The notes under the pieces: generated by a model | What the model saw: the letters and a program-made list of their open reading frames with translations, nothing else | What the model was told of the DNA's origin: nothing | The model's database searches: none | Program-made: the position numbers and the translations under genes | NCBI RefSeq assembly: GCF_000020025.1 | Contig: NC_010628.1 | Span: forward strand, 5,160,001-5,192,000 | DNA: 32,000 nt | From: Nostoc punctiforme PCC 73102 | GTDB lineage: Bacteria; Cyanobacteriota; Cyanobacteriia; Cyanobacteriales; Nostocaceae | Reading direction: 5' to 3' | Part shown: piece by piece, positions 23,222-31,890 of the stretch | Position numbering within the stretch: the stretch's first letter is position 1 | How the letters are laid out: every line of letters begins with the position of its first letter

Positions 23222-23436
23222 AATTTAACGCCCACAAGTCAGTTTTTTGTGATTTATTCACGTAAATATTATCTTAAAGGTAAGCAAATCTCCACTTCTA
23301 CCACAACAAATCACATAAACTTGCAGCCAGTGTAAGCTATTACTACACTTTAATACACTCATTAATGCAGAACTCACCACCAGATTTAGATCGACAATAG
23401 GAATATAAGCAGTCTAACCAAAGCAGGTATGGGGCA

Positions 23437-25356
23437 ATGGTGCGATTAAAACCGTGGCAGTGGGTGGTTTTGGCAATCCCGATCGCGTTTATCATTATTT
23501 TTTTACTGGTAGCCGCTGGTTCGCAAATTCATGCGTGGGGTATTAGTTGGATTTGGGGTGTGTTTACCCTTTTATTCGTTGGTTGGCGTTGGCTGCTAGT
23601 CAAATGGACTCAACCAGCTGTTAACCAAGTGGAAGCTGTATTAGCTCAAGTTCAAGAAGAATTAGAATCGGCAGCAGAGGATACAGTTAGACCACCAGCA
23701 GGAAGCGATGTCACAAAGCTTGCAGAAGCCGCACTCCAAGAGATTCTGCAAGCGTCACAAAGCGATCGCCCGATTTGGGAAGACTGGCAAACTTTTTGGA
23801 CGCGATGCCAGGATTTGGTCGTAGCGATCGCTCATATCTACAATCCTCAAATTCAATATCCCCTGCTGAACATTTACGTCCCCCAGGCTTACGGGCTGAT
23901 TCGGGGAACGGTGGATGATATGGATCAGTGGATGCAAAAATTATCCCCTGTTCTTAATCAGGTAACGGTTGGACAAGCATACCAAGGATATGAAGTCTAC
24001 CGAAAGTTGGAACCATCGGCTCGAAAATTTTGGAAAGCTTGGAATTGGGCACAGTGGCTTTTAAATCCGGTGGCGGCGGTGGCAAAACAAGCCAGTCAGG
24101 GTTCTAGTAACCAAGCAACTCAACAATTATTGGGGAATTTGAACCAGCTATTTCGGGAAGCTGCCCTGAAAAACTTGTGTCGGCAGGCGATCGCCCTCTA
24201 TGGACGTAGCAAATTACCAGTTTCAGCAACCGTAGTATCCACACCAACTTTATCCAAGGCAAAAACCCAAACACTGCGAGAAATACTGACTCAAGCTCAA
24301 CCAGCCGAGGTAGTTGAGCAAAAACCCGTGAATATTCTGCTGGTGGGGCGCACAGGTTCAGGAAAAAGTAGCCTGATTAACACGCTATTTCAGGCAGATT
24401 TAGCGGCCGTTGATGTTTTGCCCAGTACGGATCGCATTCAAAATTATCAATGGCAAACTCAAAGTGGTGAAACCTTGACGCTTTTGGACACACCTGGCTA
24501 CGAACAAGTCAACCATGCCGATCTGCGAAACCTGGTGCTTGATTATGCTATCGATGCAGATTTGCTGCTGTTAGTCACCCCTGCCCTCGATCCTGCTCTG
24601 CAAATGGATGTAGACTTTCTGCAAGACATCAAAGCAGAAGTTGCGGATTTACCTGCGATCGCGATCGTCACTCAAGTAGATCGGCTGCGTCCCATCCGCG
24701 AATGGCAACCGCCTTATGATTGGGAATGGGGCGATCGCCCAAAAGAAATTGCCATTCGAGAAGCTACTGAGTATCGCGCCAAATTGCTGGGAAAATTCTG
24801 TAATCTAGTTCTACCCCTGGTTACAGGTGACAGCAAAACAGGTCGAGTTGCCTGGGGAGTGGATACGCTTTCACTGGGATTAGTAGATGCGATCGCACCT
24901 ACCAAGCAACTCCGTCTCGCCCGATTTTTGCGTAACCTTGAAGCCCGTACCGTCGCTGCTGCCAAAATCATCGACCACTACACCTTCCAGATGGCGACAA
25001 CTCAAGGACTAACGGCATTGCTCAAAAGTCCCGTCCTCCAGTTTGTTTCTACGCTCTCAACCGGATCTCCAGCGCTAGCATATATGCTGGCAGAACAAAT
25101 TCCCGTGGAACAGTTACCGATTGTGATTGGCAAACTCCAAATGGGATATGAGCTTTTCTCGCTTTTGAATATAGCTAACCCTAACCCGCTCAACTTTGAA
25201 TTGCTATCCCTCTGGCCGCTACTGCTAGAAAATTCCACTTCACCCGATCGCAATGCCTGGGCATTTGGTCACGCCCTAGTGGAGTACTGGACTCAGAATC
25301 TAACGGTTGAACAACTCCGGGAGCGATTTGAGTATTATCTGTCAATTGCCAAATAA
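23437..25356 (+). CDS. Membrane-anchored GTPase of unknown function
   Basis: The 639-aa ORF has two N-terminal TM helices. A central GTPase domain carries G1 (GRTGSGKSS), G3 (DTPG) and G4 (TQVD). The C-terminal domain is uncharacterised. Confidence 0.8.
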   Translation: MVRLKPWQWVVLAIPIAFIIIFLLVAAGSQIHAWGISWIWGVFTLLFVGWRWLLVKWTQPAVNQVEAVLAQVQEELESAAEDTVRPPAGSDVTKLAEAALQEILQASQSDRPIWEDWQTFWTRCQDLVVAIAHIYNPQIQYPLLNIYVPQAYGLIRGTVDDMDQWMQKLSPVLNQVTVGQAYQGYEVYRKLEPSARKFWKAWNWAQWLLNPVAAVAKQASQGSSNQATQQLLGNLNQLFREAALKNLCRQAIALYGRSKLPVSATVVSTPTLSKAKTQTLREILTQAQPAEVVEQKPVNILLVGRTGSGKSSLINTLFQADLAAVDVLPSTDRIQNYQWQTQSGETLTLLDTPGYEQVNHADLRNLVLDYAIDADLLLLVTPALDPALQMDVDFLQDIKAEVADLPAIAIVTQVDRLRPIREWQPPYDWEWGDRPKEIAIREATEYRAKLLGKFCNLVLPLVTGDSKTGRVAWGVDTLSLGLVDAIAPTKQLRLARFLRNLEARTVAAAKIIDHYTFQMATTQGLTALLKSPVLQFVSTLSTGSPALAYMLAEQIPVEQLPIVIGKLQMGYELFSLLNIANPNPLNFELLSLWPLLLENSTSPDRNAWAFGHALVEYWTQNLTVEQLRERFEYYLSIAK

Positions 25357-25657
25357 TTTGTCTGTGTTGAGGAATTAATGCCCGCATTTTCCATTCTGGT
25401 ACGCCTCAATAGCGATTTTACTAGCCACGTTCCCCCAGTCTTATTAAACACCACAAGTTGCATTAGCTCCTTTGGTCAACTAAGCATATTTGCTTAATGG
25501 AGTATATTTATACCTGTAAAAAACAGAACGCAAAATACGGCGATATCTCGTACTATTGACATCAAAGTTAAGATTACGATTAAGAGTAGGTGTCTGTTGA
25601 AACCTACCCGCTTTACCTGAGTGTTTATCCAGACATCCCTTTTGTTCGGAGTTATTT

Positions 25658-27331
25658 ATGAAAAATATATTAGACATCTCCATTTCTCAAGAACAGAATT
25701 TACATCAGAGCTATAGCATTTCGTCTTATAATCGGCTGCTTTTGGTCGTGAAAGATTTGGCTTGTGTGCGGACTATTGAGGAAATTATTGAGATTGTGCG
25801 TTTGGCTGCTAGGGATCTCACCAATGCTGATGGAGTAACTTTTGTACTGCGGGATGGTGAATGTTGCCACTATGTTGATGAAAACGCCATCGGGCCACTT
25901 TGGAAAGGTATGCGTTTTCCGCTCAAATCTTGCATCTCCGGTTGGGCAATGCTCAATAAGCAAGCAGCTGTGATTGAGGACATTTACCAGGATGCTCGAA
26001 TTCCTATTAATGCCTATAAAGTAACTTTTGTTAAGAGTTTAGTGATGGTTCCCATACGGATTGCCGATCCACTGGGTGCGATCGGAGCCTACTGGAGTAG
26101 AACACACCTAGCGACCTCTGAAGAAATAGAACTGCTTGAGATTTTGACCGACACTACAGCAGTGGCGATCGCAAACGTTCAACTTTTCCAGAAACTTACG
26201 AACCAAAACGCCCTGAAAGACAAATTCATTGCGATGCTAGCTCACGAGTTGAGGAATCCTGTTGCCCCCATCTCGAACGGGGTTCAGCTTCTCAAGTTGA
26301 AACTGGGCGAGACTGGCGCAGTTGGAGAAACAGTTTTAATGATGCAGCACCAGATTAAGCACCTCTCGAAATTAATCGATGAGTTACTCGATGTATCGTC
26401 CATCACTTACGGGAAGATTTCATTAAACCTTGAGAAGGTTAATCTAGTAGAATTGGTTCGCCAAAGTCTCAATGACCATGCACAAGCAATAAAGAGATCG
26501 AACCTTAACGTAGTAGAAGACTTGCCAAACACGCCCGTATGGGCTTATGTTGACCCAACGCGATTCTTTCAAATCTTTGGGAACCTTCTTGATAACGCCT
26601 TAAAGTTTTCAAAACCAGATGGGACGATCTGGGTGGATCTCTTATATATTCCAGGTGAAAATGGCTCAGGCAGTTTAGCAGCTTTATCTGTAAGAGACTC
26701 AGGTATAGGGATAGAACCGACAATCTTACCAGAACTCTTCGAGCCGTTTACCCAGGCCGATCGCAGTTTAGACCGTTCGAGAGGCGGGCTAGGTTTGGGA
26801 CTTTCGGTAGTAAAAAGTCTCGTCGAACTTCATGGTGGTAATGTTGAAGCCTCAAGTAGAGGGATCAATTTGGGGGCAGAATTCAAAGTTACTCTCCCTG
26901 TATGCGAAGAGATTACAACCTTGGACAACGATCTGGAGACTATGGAGGCGGCTAAAAAATCGTTGAAGATTTTAGTGATTGAAGATAATGACGATTCCGC
27001 TACAACATTAAAAGCAGTACTTGAGCATTTCGGGCATGAAGTTTCCATTGCCAAGAATGGAATTTCAGGGGTAGAAACAGCAAGGGAGTTGGAGCCTCAT
27101 GTGATTATTTGTGACATTGGACTACCCGAAATGGATGGATTCGCCGTTGCACAGGAACTGAGTAAAGACTCTAAATTTACTCGCTCAATTCTGATTGCAC
27201 TCACCGGCTACGGTGGACAGGAAGATAAGGAGCTTGCGCTTAAATCTGGTTTCAAATGCCATTTGACTAAGCCTGTGGACTTTGAAATCCTTACAGCAGA
27301 AATTGATCGATACTTTCTGGTGAGTGCGTAA
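25658..27331 (+). CDS. Hybrid sensor histidine kinase (GAF - HisKA - HATPase_c - REC)
   Basis: The 557-aa ORF has a GAF-like N-terminal domain, an H-box (MLAHELRNPVAPI), an N-box (LLDNALKFS), G-boxes (DSGIGI, GGLGLGLS), and a receiver domain (VIEDNDD, ICDIGLPEMDG, LTKP). Confidence 0.9.
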   Translation: MKNILDISISQEQNLHQSYSISSYNRLLLVVKDLACVRTIEEIIEIVRLAARDLTNADGVTFVLRDGECCHYVDENAIGPLWKGMRFPLKSCISGWAMLNKQAAVIEDIYQDARIPINAYKVTFVKSLVMVPIRIADPLGAIGAYWSRTHLATSEEIELLEILTDTTAVAIANVQLFQKLTNQNALKDKFIAMLAHELRNPVAPISNGVQLLKLKLGETGAVGETVLMMQHQIKHLSKLIDELLDVSSITYGKISLNLEKVNLVELVRQSLNDHAQAIKRSNLNVVEDLPNTPVWAYVDPTRFFQIFGNLLDNALKFSKPDGTIWVDLLYIPGENGSGSLAALSVRDSGIGIEPTILPELFEPFTQADRSLDRSRGGLGLGLSVVKSLVELHGGNVEASSRGINLGAEFKVTLPVCEEITTLDNDLETMEAAKKSLKILVIEDNDDSATTLKAVLEHFGHEVSIAKNGISGVETARELEPHVIICDIGLPEMDGFAVAQELSKDSKFTRSILIALTGYGGQEDKELALKSGFKCHLTKPVDFEILTAEIDRYFLVSA

Positions 27332-27340
27332 GCGTAGGTA

Positions 27341-27480
27341 GGCAGGGGGCAGGGAGCAGGGGGAAGGAGGAAATTACTTTTACTAGCGAAGTGGTAACAG
27401 AGCTTTATCTTTGGCACAGCCTCTCCAAGAGTTCGATCGAGTCCCCTATTCCCTCTGCTCCCTTCCCCCTGCCCCTTGCC
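27341..27480. repeat. G-rich/C-rich imperfect inverted repeat filling the convergent HK-nifJ intergenic region
   Basis: The left arm is ggcagggggcagggagcagggggaaggagg (27341-27370). The right arm is ctgctcccttccccctgccccttgcc (27455-27480). They are roughly complementary and flank about 85 bp. The structure could act as a bidirectional terminator. Confidence 0.6.
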
Positions 27481-27486
27481 TCTTAT

Positions 27487-30400
27487 TCAAGCTGTGGGAA
27501 TATCACGCTTTGCTAAATATTGATACATCTGCCAACGGGCATTTACCTCAGCTTGCGCTTGTTGTAACAAATGCTTGGCAACGTCGGGTTTGCTCTTGGT
27601 GAGCATTTTGAAGCGATTTTCTTGATACATCGAATGTTCTACAGATTGCGTAGGCGATCGCATATCCAATTGCAAAGGATTTTTACCCTGGTTAAGCAAC
27701 TCTGGATTATGCCGATACAGCAACCAACGACCTGATTCTACCAGAGTTTTTTGATGATTCATCCCTGTGGTCATGTTGATGCCGTGGGCGATGCAATGAC
27801 TGTAAGCAATAATTATTGATGGCCCATCATAGGCTTCTGCTTCCAAAAATGCTTTGAGAGTATGTTCATCTCTAGCACCAAGGGCTACACTCGCTACGTA
27901 GACATTTCCGTAGGTCATGGCAATCATCCCTAAGTCTTTTTTCGGTGCAGGCTTTCCACTGGCGGCATATTTAGCAACTGCGGCTCGTGGCGTAGCTTTA
28001 GAAGATTGACCGCCTGTATTAGAATACACTTCTGTATCCATTACTAGGATGTTCACATTTCGACCACTGGCAATTACATGATCGATGCCGCCAAAGTCAA
28101 TGTCATAAGCCCAACCATCACCGCCAACAATCCAGACGCTTTTTCTCACCAAGTAATTAGCAAGGGATTTGAGATTTTGGATTTTGGATTTTAGACTTCG
28201 GCTTACCTCGGCTCCGCTCAAGGCAAGTCGCTCAGTCGAACGATTGGGGTCGAAAGTTACGATTTCATCTAACTTCTGCTGCAAAAGTTCTATTCTTTCG
28301 CGCTGTTCCCAAATGTCAGCCTCAGATTTTTGTTCAGCTTTGAGGATGGAATAGACAAGGTTTTCATCTATTTCACTTCCCAACTGTTGCAACAATTCCG
28401 CTGCAAACTCAGCTTGTTTGTCGAGGGAGAGACGGAAGCCAAAACCGAATTCGGCGTTATCTTCAAATAAATTATTTGACCACGCGGGGCCGCGTCCTTG
28501 GGCATTTGTTGTCCAAGGAGTTGTAGGGAGATTTCCACCATAGATTGAAGAACAACCTGTTGCATTGGCGATGACGGCGCGATCGCCAAACAATTGTGTT
28601 AATAATTTTAAATAAGGTGTTTCACCACAACCTGCACAAGCACCAGAGAATTCAAATAAAGGTTCTTGCAGTTGTTGTTGGCGAATCTGGTTTAATTTTA
28701 GCGATCGCCTGTCAGGATTAGGTAAACTCAAGAAGAAATCCCAGTTTTTCCGCTCTTGCTCTTGTAAAGGCAACTGCTGCGCCATGTTAATCGCTTTCCG
28801 CAATGGCTCAGATTTATCTTTAGCAGGGCAAATATTTACACAAATCGTACATCCGGTGCAATCTTCTGGGGCTACCTGAATGGTAAATTTTTGATTGGCA
28901 AAGTCTTTATCTTTTGCACCAGTTGACTTAAAGGTTTCTGGTGCATTGACTAACTCATCAGCTTGATAAGCTTTGGCGCGGATAGCACTGTGGGGACAAA
29001 CCATGACGCACTTACCACACTGAACGCAGACATCCGGCTCCCACACAGGTATCTCTTCGGCAACGTTACGTTTTTCCCACTTGGCAGTACCTACAGGGAA
29101 TGTGCCATCAACAGGTAGTGTGCTAACAGGTAAATCATCACCTTCCCACACCATGATTTTGCCCAGAACTTCCCGGACAAATTCGGGAGCAGAGTCTAGC
29201 AATCTTGGGTTGTTGATTGTGGATTGTTGATTTTTGATTGTCTGTGGGACATCTACTTTATGCAAGTTGCCTAATGTGTTATCTACAGCTTGCAAGTTCA
29301 TGCGGACAACTTCTACGCCCTTTTTACCATAAGTCTTCTCAATCGCTTGTTTGATTTTAGCGATCGCTTCTTCTTGCGGCAAGACTCCGGCTAAGGCAAA
29401 GAAACAGACCTGCATAATAGTGTTAATTCTTCCACCCATGCCACTTTCACGGGCAACCTGGCTAGCATTGATTACGTATAACTTCAAATGCTTATCGATA
29501 ATTTGCTGCTGTACCTTCAACGGCAAATTCTCCCAGACGTTATCTGCATTGTATGGACTGTTAAGCAGCAAGGTCGCCCCAGGAATAGCAGCCTTCAAAA
29601 TATCTATGCGTTCTAGAAATCCCCAATGATGACAACCAATAAAGTTGGCTTGGTCAATCAAGTAGGTGGAGCGAATTGGCTCTTTACCAAAGCGCAGATG
29701 AGAAACGGTCATTGAGCCAGATTTCTTGGAATCGTAGACAAAGTAGCCTTGGGCGTAATTATCGGTTTCTTCACCAATAATCTTGATAGAGTTTTTGTTA
29801 GCCCCAACAGTCCCATCTGAACCCAACCCATAGAACATTGCCCTGACAACGTTATCCGATTCTGTAGAAAAGTTAGGGTCAAAGCTCAAGGAAGTATGAC
29901 TAACGTCGTCATTAATCCCAATAGTAAAGTGGTTCTTCGGTTTAACTTCGGCAAGGTTATCAAAAATGCCCTTCACCATCGCCGGCGTAAATTCTTTTGA
30001 AGAAAGACCGTAACGACCACCAATAATTTTAGGGTATGAGAAAGTATTTTCTCCTCCTGCCTCCCCTGCTCCCCCTGGTCCCCCTGCCCCCCCTCCTCTC
30101 TTATCTCCCCACGCCTCATGGATAGTAGCCACAACATCCAAATACAAAGGTTCTCCGGCGCTACCTGCTTCTTTGGTGCGGTCGAGAACTGCGATCGCTT
30201 TTACGCTATTTGGTAATACTGCAACAAACCTTTGGACATCAAAGGGGCGGTAAAGTCGCACTTTCACTACACCCAGTTTTTCCCCACGGGCGTTAAGGTA
30301 ATCTACCGTTTCATGGACGGTTTCACAACCTGAACCCATAAGAACAATAACGCGATCGGCATCGTTAGCGCCGTAATATTCATAGATTTGGTAATGCCTC

Positions 30401-31164
30401 CCCGTGCGTTCTCCAAATTGATCCATGATTCGCTGGATAATTTCTGGACAGGCGTTGTAGTAAGGGTTAGCGCCTTCCCGTCCTTGGAAGTAGACATCGG
30501 GGTTTTGGGCTGTACCTCGTAAGACTGGACGATCTGGGGTGAGGGCACGGCTGCGGTGGGCGAGTATGAGATGATCGTGGATGAGCGATCGCAAATCATT
30601 ATCTGCAAGCAGTTTAACTTTCTGCACTTCATGAGAAGTACGGAAGCCGTCAAAGAAGTGCATAAACGAGACTCGCGTCTCTAAAGTCGCAGCATGGGCG
30701 ATGAGAGCAAAATCTTGACTTTCCTGCACCGAAGCGGAACACAGCAGGGCAAAACCAGTAGCACGAGCTGCCATCACATCACTATGGTCGCCAAAAATTG
30801 ATAAAGCGTGGGTAGCCAAGGAACGCGCGGCAACATGAACCACAGCACTAGTCAATTCACCAGCAATTTTGTAGAAGTTGGGGATCATCAACAATAATCC
30901 CTGAGATGCCGTAAAGGTGGTACTCAGGGAACCTGTTTGCAATGCCCCATGCACAGCACCAGCTGCTCCCCCTTCGCTTTGCATCTGCACGACACTGGGA
31001 ATAGTACCCCAGAGGTTGGGACGACCTTCTGCTGACCAAGCATCTGCCCATTCACCCATTGCTGAAGAGGGGGTAATGGGATAAATGGCAATTACTTCAT
31101 TTAGTTTGTAAGCAACACGGGCGACAGCTTCATTTCCATCAATGGTTGCAAATGTTTTGTTCAT
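27487..31164 (-). CDS. nifJ: Pyruvate:ferredoxin (flavodoxin) oxidoreductase
   Basis: The 1225-aa ORF starts at MNKTFATIDGNEAVARVAY. It has two 4Fe-4S motifs (CVQCGKCVMVCP, CTGCTICVNICP), a TPP-binding GGDGWAYDIDFGG, and MDTEVYSNTGGQSSKATP. The ATG at 31164 is preferred over the upstream ATG at 31197. Confidence 0.92.
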   Translation of the reverse strand: MNKTFATIDGNEAVARVAYKLNEVIAIYPITPSSAMGEWADAWSAEGRPNLWGTIPSVVQMQSEGGAAGAVHGALQTGSLSTTFTASQGLLLMIPNFYKIAGELTSAVVHVAARSLATHALSIFGDHSDVMAARATGFALLCSASVQESQDFALIAHAATLETRVSFMHFFDGFRTSHEVQKVKLLADNDLRSLIHDHLILAHRSRALTPDRPVLRGTAQNPDVYFQGREGANPYYNACPEIIQRIMDQFGERTGRHYQIYEYYGANDADRVIVLMGSGCETVHETVDYLNARGEKLGVVKVRLYRPFDVQRFVAVLPNSVKAIAVLDRTKEAGSAGEPLYLDVVATIHEAWGDKRGGGAGGPGGAGEAGGENTFSYPKIIGGRYGLSSKEFTPAMVKGIFDNLAEVKPKNHFTIGINDDVSHTSLSFDPNFSTESDNVVRAMFYGLGSDGTVGANKNSIKIIGEETDNYAQGYFVYDSKKSGSMTVSHLRFGKEPIRSTYLIDQANFIGCHHWGFLERIDILKAAIPGATLLLNSPYNADNVWENLPLKVQQQIIDKHLKLYVINASQVARESGMGGRINTIMQVCFFALAGVLPQEEAIAKIKQAIEKTYGKKGVEVVRMNLQAVDNTLGNLHKVDVPQTIKNQQSTINNPRLLDSAPEFVREVLGKIMVWEGDDLPVSTLPVDGTFPVGTAKWEKRNVAEEIPVWEPDVCVQCGKCVMVCPHSAIRAKAYQADELVNAPETFKSTGAKDKDFANQKFTIQVAPEDCTGCTICVNICPAKDKSEPLRKAINMAQQLPLQEQERKNWDFFLSLPNPDRRSLKLNQIRQQQLQEPLFEFSGACAGCGETPYLKLLTQLFGDRAVIANATGCSSIYGGNLPTTPWTTNAQGRGPAWSNNLFEDNAEFGFGFRLSLDKQAEFAAELLQQLGSEIDENLVYSILKAEQKSEADIWEQRERIELLQQKLDEIVTFDPNRSTERLALSGAEVSRSLKSKIQNLKSLANYLVRKSVWIVGGDGWAYDIDFGGIDHVIASGRNVNILVMDTEVYSNTGGQSSKATPRAAVAKYAASGKPAPKKDLGMIAMTYGNVYVASVALGARDEHTLKAFLEAEAYDGPSIIIAYSHCIAHGINMTTGMNHQKTLVESGRWLLYRHNPELLNQGKNPLQLDMRSPTQSVEHSMYQENRFKMLTKSKPDVAKHLLQQAQAEVNARWQMYQYLAKRDIPTA
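28173..28193. repeat. Tandem heptamer repeat (gattttg x3) inside nifJ
   Basis: The copies are gattttg (28173-28179), gattttg (28180-28186) and gatttta (28187-28193). The 21 bp are in frame and encode part of SLKSKIQNLKS on the minus strand. Confidence 0.8.
30052..30105. repeat. C/G-rich repeat-like segment inside nifJ encoding a Gly-rich insert
   Basis: The plus strand tcctcctgcctcccctgctccccctggtccccctgccccccctcctctc encodes RGGGAGGPGGAGEAGGE on the minus strand. It shares CTGCTCCC and CCCCCTGCCCC, in the same order, with the intergenic repeat arm at 27455-27480. Confidence 0.6.
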
Positions 31165-31473
31165 AATATGATTTTTGTCCCCGTCTCTCAACTGCATTAT
31201 CAGAACACGTAAATAGAAGAATTAAAAATAGCCAGAGTCAGCTAGGCATTGCCAAGCAAGCAGTTTCTTATGCGCTTTTCAGTGAACTTTAAATAAATAC
31301 TGCATATATGAATATCTCATCTGAAATAGCGCATCTATTAATATGTCTTAATCATGTACTCAATAACCCAAGTATTGATTAGATAAGGCTTTGAGATAAT
31401 TAATTCTTTTTTGTGGGGTATAGGTTCGGGAATCTTTTTGTTCGCTAAACTCAAGCTGAACTGCGATCGCTCC

Positions 31474-31683
31474 ATGTACCAATTGCTGCAAATCCTGACC
31501 TATTCACAAACACAACAGAATGGGTTAGTGTGCCCTAAACGCATTGATACACTTTGGCAGGTATACTATACAGAGAAATTTCCAGATGAGAAAATCAAGA
31601 AAAATATGACACAAAAAATTATTTACGGAACAGTTAGTGATGATGGAATAAAACAGGTCGGTGAAGGATTTGAAAACCTTTAA
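31474..31683 (+). CDS. Doubtful small hypothetical ORF
   Basis: The ORF has 69 aa from the ATG at 31474, or 90 aa from a TTG at 31411. No motif was recognised. Its last codons and stop are supplied by the dispersed repeat at 31663-31749, which argues against a conserved gene. Confidence 0.2.
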   Translation: MYQLLQILTYSQTQQNGLVCPKRIDTLWQVYYTEKFPDEKIKKNMTQKIIYGTVSDDGIKQVGEGFENL

Positions 31684-31749
31684 CCCTTACCCTTTACCCT
31701 TTCCCCCAAACCCGATTCCGAGTTAATAATGCTTAACCGAGAAGTATTG
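31663..31749. repeat. Second, partial copy of the nested-palindrome element
   Basis: gaaggatttgaaaacctttaacccttaccctttaccctttccccc...ttaaccgagaagtattg parallels positions 19378-19458 (aagggtttgaatttccctttcccctttaacctttcccc...ttaaccgaaaagtattg). The left terminal repeat is missing. Confidence 0.55.
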
Positions 31750-31890
31750 TTTCGACACCAACCTACAAAATCTAATACAACATTTTAGCCTTGCCACGCC
31801 AGCAGGGTGTGTTAGCAACAGTGCAACACACCTTCCATTTAGAAATTTCTATTTGTTCATGGATAGAGTATTCATAATTCTGAATTTTGA

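Noticed and set aside
20216-23436. Search for mobility genes or att-like direct repeats bounding the AT-rich cassette
   Set aside because: No integrase, transposase, tRNA or flanking direct repeats were found by eye, so the cassette is not called a mobile element.
27371-27450. tRNA-like fragments (agcgaagtggtaacag D-loop-like, gagttcgatcgag T-loop-like)
   Set aside because: I could not fold a cloverleaf. The T-stem and acceptor stem lack complementarity, and the segment is the interior of the G/C-rich inverted repeat.
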